In this document: positions 28,632-37,701 of the stretch, piece by piece | How positions within the stretch are numbered: position 1 is the first letter of the stretch | Layout: each line of letters begins with the position of its first letter | From: Candidatus Eiseniibacteriota bacterium | GTDB lineage: Bacteria; Eisenbacteria; RBG-16-71-46; SZUA-252 | Length of the DNA stretch: 64,000 nucleotides | Assembly (NCBI GenBank): GCA_005893305.1 | Contig: VBOZ01000008.1 | Coordinates: forward strand, 9,286 to 73,285 | Direction of reading: 5' to 3' | The notes under the pieces: generated by a model | What the model was told of the DNA's origin: nothing | Databases searched by the model: none | The model's input: the letters and a program-made list of their open reading frames with translations, nothing else | Position numbers and translations under genes: made by a program

Positions 28632-29357
28632 CTACCTCGAGATCCCGGACAGGACGGCGCCGATGAGGAAAGCAGGCAGGACCACGAGCACTCCAAAGCT
28701 GAATTTCTTCTTCGCGAAGACGGATACGCCGACGGCGGAGACCGCCCCCGACCAGAGCATCAGGGGATTGCTCAGGGTGTCGAGAAATCGCCCGAGGAAA
28801 CCGGGATCCTCGCCGAACAGGTTTCCCAGGCCGAGGCGGATGTCGAGCGTTCCCTTTCCAAGGGCGAGTCCCAATCGAACCGCGACGTCGACGAGGCCGA
28901 TGACGGCCGCGTGCGCCGCGACGCAAAGGTAGTGCTGGAATCTGAGCCGCGCCCCCAGCATGAGATTGCCGATGAAGAAGAGGAGCGCGGAGTTGAAGAG
29001 CAGAACGAAGGCGACCACGACGACGGCGGTGGTGGCCCCGATGACCGGCGCGGCCGGAGAGTCGAAGAACTTCTCCATGGCGCCGATCATCTCGGGCGGC
29101 TTTCCCTTCGCCTCCATCTTGGCGATGGCGTCGCTCTTGACGATGCCCGATTGGAAGATCGCGACCGCGAAGGCCGCCTGAGCCAAGACAACGAGGATCA
29201 ACGGAATCAGGAAGCGCGGCTTCGCGGCCATCCCCTCGAAGGTTTTCCTGGGATTCGCGAACACCCCGATGATGCTCTGAAACGCCGATATCGAGGGCGC
29301 TGCTTCCACCCCATTGGCGTCGCCGGAGCCGGGCGCGGAGTTCCTATCACCCTCCAT
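28632..29357 (-). CDS. Yip1-domain membrane protein
   Basis: 241 aa. N-terminal FQSIIGVFANPRKTFEGM, then five hydrophobic helices, resembling Yip1/YIPF-type bacterial proteins. Confidence 0.55.
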   Translation of the reverse strand: MEGDRNSAPGSGDANGVEAAPSISAFQSIIGVFANPRKTFEGMAAKPRFLIPLILVVLAQAAFAVAIFQSGIVKSDAIAKMEAKGKPPEMIGAMEKFFDSPAAPVIGATTAVVVVAFVLLFNSALLFFIGNLMLGARLRFQHYLCVAAHAAVIGLVDVAVRLGLALGKGTLDIRLGLGNLFGEDPGFLGRFLDTLSNPLMLWSGAVSAVGVSVFAKKKFSFGVLVVLPAFLIGAVLSGISR

Positions 29358-29479
29358 GTTATTGACCCCCCGTCATTTGCGAAGCCGCCTTCAGCGAGAA
29401 CATGAGCCCGAGGAAGGTGCGGCCGAAGCGCGGAAATGCTTATGGAGAAGAAGCTTGCCCGGACCAAGCACGACCAGCA

Positions 29480-29508
29480 AGAGTAGGCTGCGGGGGTAGC
29501 GCTGTCAA
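29480..29508 (-). promoter_or_regulatory. promoter candidate TTGACA-17-TACTCT upstream of the Yip1 gene
   Basis: Minus strand: -35 at 29508-29503 and -10 at 29485-29480, within a 200-nt gap. This leaves a leader of about 120 nt. Confidence 0.35.
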
Positions 29509-29557
29509 AGAGAAATGGGGTCGAGGAGCGCTCGGGAGCGCCCCCCGGCCACGGCGT

Positions 29558-30277
29558 TCAAAGCTTGAACTCGATTGGAATCTCGACCCATACGGCGACG
29601 GGGTTCCGCCCGGAGAGGGCCGGGTGAAAGCGCCACCGGGCGATCGCTTCCCGCGCGGCGTCGGTCAGGCCCGAGACATCGCGCAACACCGTGATCCGCG
29701 TGACCTGCCCGTCCCGGCCCACGAGGACGTGCAACACGACGCGGCCCTGGATCCCCTGCTCGCGCGCCCAGTCGGGATAATCGGGTGCGGGGCGGTAGAT
29801 GGGAACGGGCGGTTGGTCGAAGGCGACGAATGCTCCTTCCGAGGGATTCCCGTCGACCGCGGGCTCGCCGCTGGGCTCGCCGCTGGGTGGCGGCGCGGAG
29901 GAAGGCGGCTCCCTCCTCGTGTCGTTCCCGATCGCCTTCACGTTCCGGCTCGGGTTATCGAGCGTGGGCGGATCCCATTGGACGGGCTTGAACACGCCAT
30001 TGTCGGTCGGATTCGTCGTGGGGCGCTCGGAGGGCGGCATGACCGGCGGAGGCGGCAGGTCGGTCGGCGGGACCGGCATGACGTGGATCGCCGTCTTGTA
30101 CCAGGTTGGTTGCGTCTCGACAGAGCGCGCTTGGAGCCAGAGGACGCCACCGAGGACTGCTAGATGCCCAACACCTGAGATCGCCAACGCACGGCTGAAA
30201 AACCGGCGGGCGTTCGCGCGAATCTCCGGGGCACCGATCGGAATCCAGCTGGGGGGAGGGACGGTCGCGGCGGTCAT
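29558..30277 (-). CDS. energy transducer TonB (paralog 2)
   Basis: 239 aa. N-terminal TM, Pro-rich linker (PPTDLPPPPVMPP), and a TonB C-terminal domain (QGIQGRVVLHVLVGRDGQV...AIARWRFHPA). Confidence 0.85.
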   Translation of the reverse strand: MTAATVPPPSWIPIGAPEIRANARRFFSRALAISGVGHLAVLGGVLWLQARSVETQPTWYKTAIHVMPVPPTDLPPPPVMPPSERPTTNPTDNGVFKPVQWDPPTLDNPSRNVKAIGNDTRREPPSSAPPPSGEPSGEPAVDGNPSEGAFVAFDQPPVPIYRPAPDYPDWAREQGIQGRVVLHVLVGRDGQVTRITVLRDVSGLTDAAREAIARWRFHPALSGRNPVAVWVEIPIEFKL

Positions 30278-30357
30278 GGCGCGTCGACCTTTCTTGTCCC
30301 GGCTCCGTCCCGCCGCGCGGCGGCGGCGGGAGATCTACGCGAGGGGGGTGAAACGCT

Positions 30358-31071
30358 CTAGAAGTGGAAGTCCATCGGCACTTCCACCCACACGGCCACC
30401 GGCTTGTTGTTGCTGAGCGCCGGCTTGAAGACCCACTGCTTGATGGCGGCAACTGCGGCTTCGTCGAGCATCTTCACGCTTCGGATCACCTTGACGTTCT
30501 TGACCCGCCCATCCTTTCCGACGAGGACGTGGAGCACGACGCGGCCCTGAACCTGGGCGTCGCGCGCCATCTCGGGATACTTGGGCGTCACCTGGGTTAC
30601 GGGCACCGGCTCGTCCTCGTAATACACGAACTCCCCTTCGCCCGGCAGCTCATCCGAGGCGATGACGAGGCTGTCCTTGCCGGCGGTACCCAAGCCGACC
30701 GGAGAGAGGGCCTGCGAGAGCTCCTGCTGGGTCATGATGGTCTGTTCGGGCGCCTGCGCATCCGGAACCGGGACCGGCGTTCCGATCGTGGGCTTCACGA
30801 TCTCCTGATTGATCGGGATCACCGGCGGAGGCGGCGCCGAGGAGAGCGGCGGCGGCGGCGGCAGGGTCTGCATCTTGATCACGCGTCCCGTGTAGGCGGC
30901 CTCGTCCGGCGGGTGCCAGATCTGGGTCAGCATGTAGATTCCGATGATCGCCAGATGGATTCCGGCGGAAATGAGGAGCCCCTTCCGGAACATCCGCTGC
31001 GAGTTCGCCTTGAGATCGGCGGCTCCGATCGGGACACGCTCGAACACGGTCGAAGCGACGGTGGAGGTCAC
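30358..31071 (-). CDS. energy transducer TonB (paralog 1)
   Basis: 237 aa with the same architecture (LPPPPPLSSAPPPPV; QVQGRVVLHVLVGKDGRV...AIKQWVFKPA). Confidence 0.85.
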   Translation of the reverse strand: MTSTVASTVFERVPIGAADLKANSQRMFRKGLLISAGIHLAIIGIYMLTQIWHPPDEAAYTGRVIKMQTLPPPPPLSSAPPPPVIPINQEIVKPTIGTPVPVPDAQAPEQTIMTQQELSQALSPVGLGTAGKDSLVIASDELPGEGEFVYYEDEPVPVTQVTPKYPEMARDAQVQGRVVLHVLVGKDGRVKNVKVIRSVKMLDEAAVAAIKQWVFKPALSNNKPVAVWVEVPMDFHF

Positions 31072-31586
31072 AGACCCGCGATCTCCTTCCTGTCCGCGTC
31101 GTCGAGCGGCGCCAAGGAGAATCGATTCAGCTCGGCGAACTGCAGCTGGTCGATGATGTTCACCATGTACTTGTACTTCACGGTCCGATCGATCTTCACG
31201 AGGACCACCAGCTTGGGATTCTTCTTTCCTTCCGCCGCGAAGATCGCCTCGAGCTCATCGAACTTCGCCTCCTTGGGCGGGGCCTTGGCCAGCGTCCAGA
31301 ACGCGCGGACCCCTCCCTGCGTCGTGTCCGCGGGTGCGACCACCCGGAGTGTGAACACGTTCGACTCCGCGATCTCGACCTTGGCTTTGGGGTCCGGCGG
31401 GAGGTTGATCTCGAGCGCCTGCGGCTTGCGGAATACCGTGGTGCACATGAAGAAGATGAGCAGGAGGAACGCGACGTCGACCATCGGGGTCATGTCGATC
31501 TTGACCCCGATGCGCTTCGGCGCCCTCTTCCGAAGTCCGCCCTTTTTGTGTTTTACGCCAGCTTCAGGGGTGTCTACGGCACCCAT
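31068..31586 (-). CDS. exbD: biopolymer transporter ExbD/TolR
   Basis: 172 aa. IGVKIDMTPMVDVAFLLLIFFM is the ExbD TM signature. Confidence 0.85.
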   Translation of the reverse strand: MGAVDTPEAGVKHKKGGLRKRAPKRIGVKIDMTPMVDVAFLLLIFFMCTTVFRKPQALEINLPPDPKAKVEIAESNVFTLRVVAPADTTQGGVRAFWTLAKAPPKEAKFDELEAIFAAEGKKNPKLVVLVKIDRTVKYKYMVNIIDQLQFAELNRFSLAPLDDADRKEIAGL

Positions 31587-31624
31587 GGTACGTCACTTCC
31601 TTTCGGTGTCGCGGCGGTCGGCCG

Positions 31625-32065
31625 CTACCTCATTGCCGACTTCTTGCTCGCCACCAGCTCCGTGACGAGTTCGAACGTGATCGTATTCGTCTTCTGCATG
31701 ATGGCCATGACGTCTTCCATCGTCCCGTATTCCGAGTCCTTGTCCGCCTTAATGGCCACGCGGAGCCGGGGGTTGCGATGGCGCTGATCCAAGACCAGCT
31801 GCTCCAGGCTCACCATGTCGGTTTCCTGCTGAGGGTTCTTCCCCACCTGCCAATACAGCTTGTTGTCCTTGGATATTCCCAGAATCAGCACATCCGACTC
31901 GGGCACCTTGAGATTGGAATGGCTATCCGGGAGGGCGATCGGCACCTTCTGGGGCGGATCGAACTGCGACGTCGACATGAAGAAAATCAGCAGCAGGAAG
32001 GCCACGTCGACCATCGGCGTCATGTCGATCTTGACGCCGATCCGCTTCATCTTCTTCGCAGCCAT
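31625..32065 (-). CDS. exbD: biopolymer transporter ExbD/TolR (paralog)
   Basis: 146 aa with an identical IGVKIDMTPMVDVAFLLLIFFM segment. Confidence 0.85.
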   Translation of the reverse strand: MAAKKMKRIGVKIDMTPMVDVAFLLLIFFMSTSQFDPPQKVPIALPDSHSNLKVPESDVLILGISKDNKLYWQVGKNPQQETDMVSLEQLVLDQRHRNPRLRVAIKADKDSEYGTMEDVMAIMQKTNTITFELVTELVASKKSAMR

Positions 32066-32066
32066 G

Positions 32067-32789
32067 CTACTTCGTCGCCTCCTTCAGCGCCAACACCTCG
32101 ACGACCTCGAGGGTCGCCTCGTCCATCATGTAGTTGAAATTGTCGATCATCGTGACGAACACGTTGTAGAGCACGATCGAGAAGATGGCGACGAAGAGAC
32201 CGCCGGCGGTGTTGATGAGCGCCTCGGAGATCCCGACCGCGAGCTTGACCGCGTCCACCGATCCGGTGTGTCCCAGCGCCGAGAACGACCGGATCATTCC
32301 GATCACCGTTCCGAGAAGACCGACCATCGTCGCGATCGAAGCGATCGTGGCGAGAGCGATCAAATTCCGCTCGAGAAGCGGAACCTCGAGCATGTTCGCC
32401 TCCTCCATCGCCTTCTGAACCTCTTGGAGCTTGGCCTGGCGATCGATCGGCGCGGTGCGCACGAGCAGATAGCGGTCGAGGCCGGCCCGGAGCACGTTCG
32501 CCAACGAGCCCCGCTGCTTCGAGCAGAGGTCCGCGGCGCCCTCGATGTCCATGGTGTCGATCTTCTTCCGAACGTTGCGCATGAAGGTCGGGATCGGATC
32601 CTTGCCCCTCGCGCGGGAAATCGTGAAGAGGCGCTCGAACACGAGCGTCACGGACATGATCGAAAGCATGATGAGCAGCGCCACCAGCGGTCCGCCCGAC
32701 TTGATGTACTCCGGGAGAAACATGTAGATGACGATGGAGATGGCCAGGGCGGCCACGGCGACGATCGTGATGAATAAGCCTTGTCTCAC
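32067..32789 (-). CDS. exbB: MotA/TolQ/ExbB proton-channel protein
   Basis: 240 aa with three TMs. GLLGTVIGMIRSF and EALINTAGGL are typical ExbB/TolQ motifs. Confidence 0.85.
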   Translation of the reverse strand: MRQGLFITIVAVAALAISIVIYMFLPEYIKSGGPLVALLIMLSIMSVTLVFERLFTISRARGKDPIPTFMRNVRKKIDTMDIEGAADLCSKQRGSLANVLRAGLDRYLLVRTAPIDRQAKLQEVQKAMEEANMLEVPLLERNLIALATIASIATMVGLLGTVIGMIRSFSALGHTGSVDAVKLAVGISEALINTAGGLFVAIFSIVLYNVFVTMIDNFNYMMDEATLEVVEVLALKEATK

Positions 32790-32878
32790 TACGACTCCCT
32801 CCTCTTCCGAGATGAGAACGTCCTACCGGGCTGGACGCAAAAAGTATGCATCAGGCCCGAACTGACCGGCAATACCTG

Positions 32879-33217
32879 TTACTTGAAGCTCTTCGAAGCC
32901 TCATCGCAGCTGTCGTACACGTCGAAGACGAGCGAGAGCTTCGTCACGACGAAGATGTTCTGGATCTTCTTGTCCACGGCGCAAAGCTTCATCTGCGCGC
33001 TGCGCTTCGCGTAATTCGAATGACCCGCGATGAGCACTCCCAGCGAGACCGAGTTCATGAACGTGGTCTGCCCCAGGTTGATCAGCAGTTTCTTGTTTCC
33101 CGCCTCGCTCAGCTCCTTGATCTTGGCCGCCAGCTCGTCCGTCTCCTTGCCGCCCAAGAGCATTCCCTTCGGCGTGAGGATCGTGACGTCACCCGAGGTC
33201 CGGACATCCAAGCTCAT
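32879..33217 (-). CDS. STAS-domain protein (anti-sigma-factor antagonist-like)
   Basis: 112 aa. VTILTPKGMLLGGKE...LLINLGQTTFMNSVSLGVLI has the SpoIIAA-like STAS pattern. Confidence 0.7.
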   Translation of the reverse strand: MSLDVRTSGDVTILTPKGMLLGGKETDELAAKIKELSEAGNKKLLINLGQTTFMNSVSLGVLIAGHSNYAKRSAQMKLCAVDKKIQNIFVVTKLSLVFDVYDSCDEASKSFK

Positions 33218-33253
33218 CGTGCCTCCCTGTTCGCGGCATCCCGCCGCGTTGGC

Positions 33254-35122
33254 CTACGGAGTGCTGGCACCAGCGCCAGACGGTTTGGCGCCCGCGCCTG
33301 TCGATTTGGCGCCTTTGCGCTGTAGCTGCTGCTCCTCCCATTTTCGAATGATCTCGAGTCCCCGCGATGCTTCACGGTTTGTCGGGTCGATCTCGAGCGC
33401 TTTGTTGAACTCGAATTTCGCTTTATTTTGATCGCGGCATTTGGAGTAGGTCTGTCCCAGCCAGATGTGGCCCTGCACGTGGTCCGGCGTCAGCTCGGTG
33501 GCCTTCTGGAACAGCCCGAGGGCCTCCGAGCAGTTGTCCATGAGCAGGAGCGCCAGGCCGGCCCCCCGGTACGCGTCGGCGTTCGCCGAATCGGCCGCGA
33601 TCGCCGCGCGGTAGGTCTCGAGCGCCACGGGGAGCGAGTCCGGCTCCATCGTGAGCATCGTCTGGCCGATCCAGATCATTGCCCGCACGTCCTTGGGATT
33701 CACCGCCAAAGAGCGTCTCAGGATCTCGATCGCCTTCGCCTTGTCGCCGAGCTGGAGCCTCGAGAGGGCCAGGTTCAAGAGCGCCGGGACGAACACGGAA
33801 TCGGCCTGGAGCGTCCGCTCGAAATACGGAGCCGCCGACGCGAAATCCTGCCTCGAGAAGTAGAGGAAGCCGAGCTGGAAATTCCCGTCCTTGGTCAACG
33901 TCGAGTCCTGCGCGAGAGCCCGGGTCAGATGCTCGAATGCCTTGGCGGAATCGCCGGCCGCGACGAACAACGTTCCGACGCGAAGGTTCTCCTCGGCGGT
34001 GAGCGAATCGGTGGCGGAGGCGTACTGGTCGCAGTACGCGAGCGCGCTGTCGCGCCCGGCCTCCCCTTGTTCGGCGTAGAGCTTGCAAAGCGCCCCCAGG
34101 ACCTCGGGAACGCCGGGCTTCATCTCGTTCGCCTTGGTCAAGGTGATGACGGCTTCCACCTTGTCGTTGGAATCACGGCTGTTGGATAGCGCTCGGCCCG
34201 ATTCCAGATAGCCCTGGTAGTCGTCGGGCACGAGGCCGGTGTAGACCTTGAAATTATCGGCGGCTTCCTTGTATCGCTTCGCGCGATAGAAGAGGCGCCC
34301 CGATTCCAGATACGCGGGCGCGTACGTCGAATCCTGCTGCGTCGCGGCGATGAACGCGGTGAGACCCGCGTTGAACTCGTTCATCCCGACGAGCGCCTTG
34401 CCGTAGAGGTAGTGGTACTCGGGATTTTTCGGATCCAGCTCGGTCGCGCGGCCGTACTCCGGCGCGGCCAGGACCGGGATCTTCTTCCGCATGTAGAACC
34501 CGCCGAGATCGACGCGGACGCGCAGGTTGTTCGGGTCGGTCTCGCGCGCGCGGATGAATACTTCTTCCGCCTGCTTCAGGTCGCCCTTCCCCTCCAGGGC
34601 AAGCGCCAAGCCCGCGAGAAAGAGGGCTCTCCCCTGCTTGAGAAGGGTTCCCTTCCGGAAGACCTTAGCGGCGTCGTCGTACCGCTTGTCCTCCAGGTAC
34701 GATTGGCCCAGGGCGTAGAGCGCCGCCGGATCCTTAGGGTCGTACTTGACCGCGTCCTCGAGCTTGGCCGTGCCCTCCTCCTTCTTGCCCGTCTTGCGCA
34801 GGAGTTTTCCGAGCCCGGTGAGCGCCTCCGGGTACTTTGGATTCAGCTTGAGCGCGGTCTGGTACTCCACGAGCGCGCTGTCGGCGCCTTCGGGCGTGCC
34901 GAACCGCTCGAGGGCGGACGCGAGGTAGTAGTGCGGCTTCGGGCTGTTTGGATCGAGCTTCTGGGCCTTGCTGAAGAGGTCGAGCGATTCCCGGATCTTT
35001 CCCTCCCGGAGCATGGAGATCCCCTGCTTGATTAGGTCTCCCGAGGAGAGAGCCCACGCCGGAGGGGTCGCCAGGGCGAGCACGAGGATCGTGGCGGGCA
35101 CGAGATAGCGGACGAGCTTCAC
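33254..35122 (-). CDS. secreted tetratricopeptide-repeat protein
   Basis: Track ORF 33254..35692 trimmed to the GTG at 35120-35122 (VKLVRYLVPATILVLALATPPAWA, a signal peptide), in a GTGA overlap with the upstream stop. 622 aa with more than 10 TPR-like repeats. Confidence 0.75.
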   Translation of the reverse strand: MKLVRYLVPATILVLALATPPAWALSSGDLIKQGISMLREGKIRESLDLFSKAQKLDPNSPKPHYYLASALERFGTPEGADSALVEYQTALKLNPKYPEALTGLGKLLRKTGKKEEGTAKLEDAVKYDPKDPAALYALGQSYLEDKRYDDAAKVFRKGTLLKQGRALFLAGLALALEGKGDLKQAEEVFIRARETDPNNLRVRVDLGGFYMRKKIPVLAAPEYGRATELDPKNPEYHYLYGKALVGMNEFNAGLTAFIAATQQDSTYAPAYLESGRLFYRAKRYKEAADNFKVYTGLVPDDYQGYLESGRALSNSRDSNDKVEAVITLTKANEMKPGVPEVLGALCKLYAEQGEAGRDSALAYCDQYASATDSLTAEENLRVGTLFVAAGDSAKAFEHLTRALAQDSTLTKDGNFQLGFLYFSRQDFASAAPYFERTLQADSVFVPALLNLALSRLQLGDKAKAIEILRRSLAVNPKDVRAMIWIGQTMLTMEPDSLPVALETYRAAIAADSANADAYRGAGLALLLMDNCSEALGLFQKATELTPDHVQGHIWLGQTYSKCRDQNKAKFEFNKALEIDPTNREASRGLEIIRKWEEQQLQRKGAKSTGAGAKPSGAGASTP

Positions 35123-36045
35123 TCTACCCCCTCGGCCGTGCGGATGATCCGGATGGGAACGGTGGCTGGGGCGTAGCCGTGCCGCGCGATGATGCGCTGC
35201 CCGTCTATGCCCGAGACGAAGTTGATGAAGCTCGAGACGGTCGCGGCCGGATGAGCGCTCGTCGCGACCGAGATCGGTTTCAGGAGCGGGTACCGGCGCG
35301 TGAAGAGCGTCTCGCGCGTCAGCGGAATCGACTCCAGCCCGATCGCCTGGGAAACCCGAAGCGTCTTCACCCGCGAGCCGACGCCCTCCGCCAGCGGCCG
35401 CGACACGCAGGCGAGCGCGTTTCGCCGAGTCGCAACCACCTCGACGACTTCCTCCTCCGTCGGCGGCGCGTAGACGGTCGGCGCGTACGGGTCGCCTCCG
35501 AGGAGCGCCTGCTCCAGGTAGGCGTAGATACCGAGCCGCGGCCCCGCTGTCAGGGTGATAATCTCTCCTCCTTGCCTCCAACCGAGGGAGGCCCATTCCT
35601 TCGTTTCGCCGCGGTAGACGGCGGCGAGCTCCGTGCGCGAAATCTGCTCGATCGGCGAGGCCGGGTTCACGATCACCGCCACCGCGTCCCACGCGACCGG
35701 GAATGCTTGCATTCCATCCCGCCGGATCGCCGCCTCGACCTCCGGGTCCGTCAACTCCCTCAGCAAGAGCGACATCGAAACCTCACCGTTCACCAGCTGC
35801 TCCATTCCTTCCGCGGAGCCCGATGGCCGTATGACGATCGAGTCCGCGTCCGGGTACTGATCCCGGAATTCCCGGATTTCGGCCCGGAACAGAGGAGACA
35901 GGTACTCTGTCCCCGCGAGCGTCAGCGGCGGAGAGGATGTCTTCCGAGGGGGGGATGGCGATGAGCAGGCCCCGCAGGCCAGGGCCGCCATGACGAGCGC
36001 CGCCCGAGAAAACCGAGCGCGCGACGCCCGGCGAAAGCCACTCAC
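35119..36045 (-). CDS. PstS-family (PBP type 2) substrate-binding lipoprotein
   Basis: 308 aa. Lipobox LACGAC. SGSAEGMEQLVNGEVSMSL...ISRTELAAVYRGETKEWASLG is PstS-like. Confidence 0.7.
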   Translation of the reverse strand: MSGFRRASRARFSRAALVMAALACGACSSPSPPRKTSSPPLTLAGTEYLSPLFRAEIREFRDQYPDADSIVIRPSGSAEGMEQLVNGEVSMSLLLRELTDPEVEAAIRRDGMQAFPVAWDAVAVIVNPASPIEQISRTELAAVYRGETKEWASLGWRQGGEIITLTAGPRLGIYAYLEQALLGGDPYAPTVYAPPTEEEVVEVVATRRNALACVSRPLAEGVGSRVKTLRVSQAIGLESIPLTRETLFTRRYPLLKPISVATSAHPAATVSSFINFVSGIDGQRIIARHGYAPATVPIRIIRTAEGVE

Positions 36046-36051
36046 CTCGTA

Positions 36052-36080
36052 AGACTACCCGCCCTCGTAACCCCTGTCAA
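36052..36080 (-). promoter_or_regulatory. promoter candidate TTGACA-17-TAGTCT, apparently leaderless
   Basis: Minus strand: -35 at 36080-36075 and -10 at 36057-36052. Only 6 nt separate the -10 from the GTG at 36045. Confidence 0.35.
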
Positions 36081-36177
36081 TCCCTGCACATTTCCGCGCC
36101 TTCCGGGCGCCGAACCGAGCCTACTGGGGATACCCCGCCGGGAGCCAATTAATTCCCCGTAACGGCCGCGACCGCTT

Positions 36178-36204
36178 GCAAAAACGCCACCCACGAGGGG
36201 TGGC
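36178..36204 (-). terminator. intrinsic terminator downstream of asnS
   Basis: Minus strand: GCCACCC-CUCGU-GGGUGGC (36204-36186), followed by GUUUUUGC. Confidence 0.7.
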
Positions 36205-36235
36205 TGCACGGCGTCGCGCCGTCGAAGAGTGGGGG

Positions 36236-36265
36236 AACGTACGGTGGTGTCCATCGGGGTGTCAA
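36236..36265 (-). promoter_or_regulatory. promoter-like motif TTGACA-18-TACGTT between the asnS stop and its terminator
   Basis: Minus strand: ATTGACACCCC...CACCACCGTACGTT. It shares TTGACACCC and the CCAC..TA.CGT context with the motifs at 11381-11410 and 37702-37731. Confidence 0.3.
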
Positions 36266-36323
36266 TCCATATTCTGGTGGGAAGCCCTCAGGGCCTAGCG
36301 CTCTGCCGGATCCCACCCCGCGC

Positions 36324-37637
36324 CTAGGGGCGCAGGCGGTTCAGGAGACGAGGAAACGGGATCGTCTCGCGCAGGTGCTCGATCCCACAGATCCAGGCGA
36401 GCGCGCGCTCGATGCCCATGCCGAACCCGCTGTGCGGCACCGACCCGTACCGCCGCAGGTCCAGGTACCACTCGAACGTCTCCTTGGAGAGCTTCTCCTC
36501 CTCGATCCTCTCGACGAGCGTTCCGTAGTCGTCCTCCCGCTGCCCTCCGCCGACGATCTCGCCGTATCCCTCCGGGGCGAGGAGATCGCACGAGAGTGAG
36601 AGCCGGTCGTCGCCGGGATCGCGCTTCATGTAGAAGGCCTTCACGGCCGCCGGGAAGCGGTGCACGAAGAAGGGCCGATCGCGCCCCTCGGTCAGGACCG
36701 TTTCATCCGTCGCCCCGAAATCGCCGCCCCACTCGAACGGGAGCCCCTTTTCCTTCAGCGTTCGCGCGGCCTCCTCGTACGAGACGCGCGGAAACGGAGG
36801 ATGGACGCGCTCGAGGGCGGCGACGTCCCGGCCCAGGACCTTGAGCTCCTCGCGCCGATCCTCGAGCACGCGCGCGACGATCGCCTCGACGAAGCGCTCG
36901 ATCCAGACCATCAGATCGTCGAGCGTCGCGTACGCGATCTCGGGCTCCACCATCCAGAACTCGATCAGGTGGCGCCGCGTTTTCGATTTCTCGGCCCGGA
37001 AGGTCGGGCCGAAACAGTAGGTCCGGCCGAAGGCCATCGCGGTCGCCTCGTTGTAGAGCTGGCCGCTCTGTGTGAGATAGGCTTTCTCGTCGAAGTACTC
37101 GGTCTCGAACAGGGTGGTCGTCCCCTCGCACGGATTGGGGGTGAAGATCGGGGCGTCGGCGAGGGTGAAGCCTTCCCGGTTGAGGAAGCCGCGGCAGGCG
37201 TCGACGAGGGTGTGGCGGATCTTCAAGATGGCGTGCTGCCGCTGCGAGCGGATCCAGAGATGCCGGTGATCCAGGAGGAACGGCGTTCCGTGCTCCTTCG
37301 GCGTGATCGGATACTCGCGGCTCTCCCCCACGACCTCGAGCCCCGTGAGGGTGAGCTCCACGCCGCTCGGAGCCCGCTTGTCCTCGCGCACGAGGCCCCG
37401 CGCCCGGATCGCCGCCTCCTGCGACACCGCCGCGGCGCGGGCAAAGACGTCCTCGGGCAGATCCGCCTTCGAGGCGACGCACTGCACGACGCCGCTTCCG
37501 TCCCTTACTTGGAGAAATTCGAGCTTCCCGCTCGATCGTCGCGCGTAGAGCCACCCCTCCAGCAGGACCTCTTGTCCGACCTTTCCGGGGAGTGCTTCGA
37601 TGCGGGTCGCTTGCGCCGGCATGCCGCTTCCTCCCAA
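36324..37637 (-). CDS. asnS: asparagine--tRNA ligase
   Basis: 437 aa. OB-fold N-terminus, then class II motifs [21 protein letters not shown] and [18 protein letters not shown] is typical of the short AsnRS type. Confidence 0.85.
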   Translation of the reverse strand: MGGSGMPAQATRIEALPGKVGQEVLLEGWLYARRSSGKLEFLQVRDGSGVVQCVASKADLPEDVFARAAAVSQEAAIRARGLVREDKRAPSGVELTLTGLEVVGESREYPITPKEHGTPFLLDHRHLWIRSQRQHAILKIRHTLVDACRGFLNREGFTLADAPIFTPNPCEGTTTLFETEYFDEKAYLTQSGQLYNEATAMAFGRTYCFGPTFRAEKSKTRRHLIEFWMVEPEIAYATLDDLMVWIERFVEAIVARVLEDRREELKVLGRDVAALERVHPPFPRVSYEEAARTLKEKGLPFEWGGDFGATDETVLTEGRDRPFFVHRFPAAVKAFYMKRDPGDDRLSLSCDLLAPEGYGEIVGGGQREDDYGTLVERIEEEKLSKETFEWYLDLRRYGSVPHSGFGMGIERALAWICGIEHLRETIPFPRLLNRLRP

Positions 37638-37701
37638 CCTCCCTTGGATGACAACGATGCGTCGTGAGGCGCGTAGGATAGCACGCTGGGGGACAAATCC
37701 C

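Noticed and set aside
29358-29557. 14-codon upstream ORF (MFSLKAASQMTGGQ) in the Yip1 leader
   Set aside because: There is no convincing ribosome-binding site and no recognisable peptide family. It is too short to separate from chance in a 200-nt region.
30309-30330. All-GC 8-bp hairpin (CCCGCCGC-6 nt-GCGGCGGG) between the two tonB paralogs, as a terminator
   Set aside because: No U-tract follows on the minus strand, and such stems arise easily at this GC content. At most it is an mRNA stability element.
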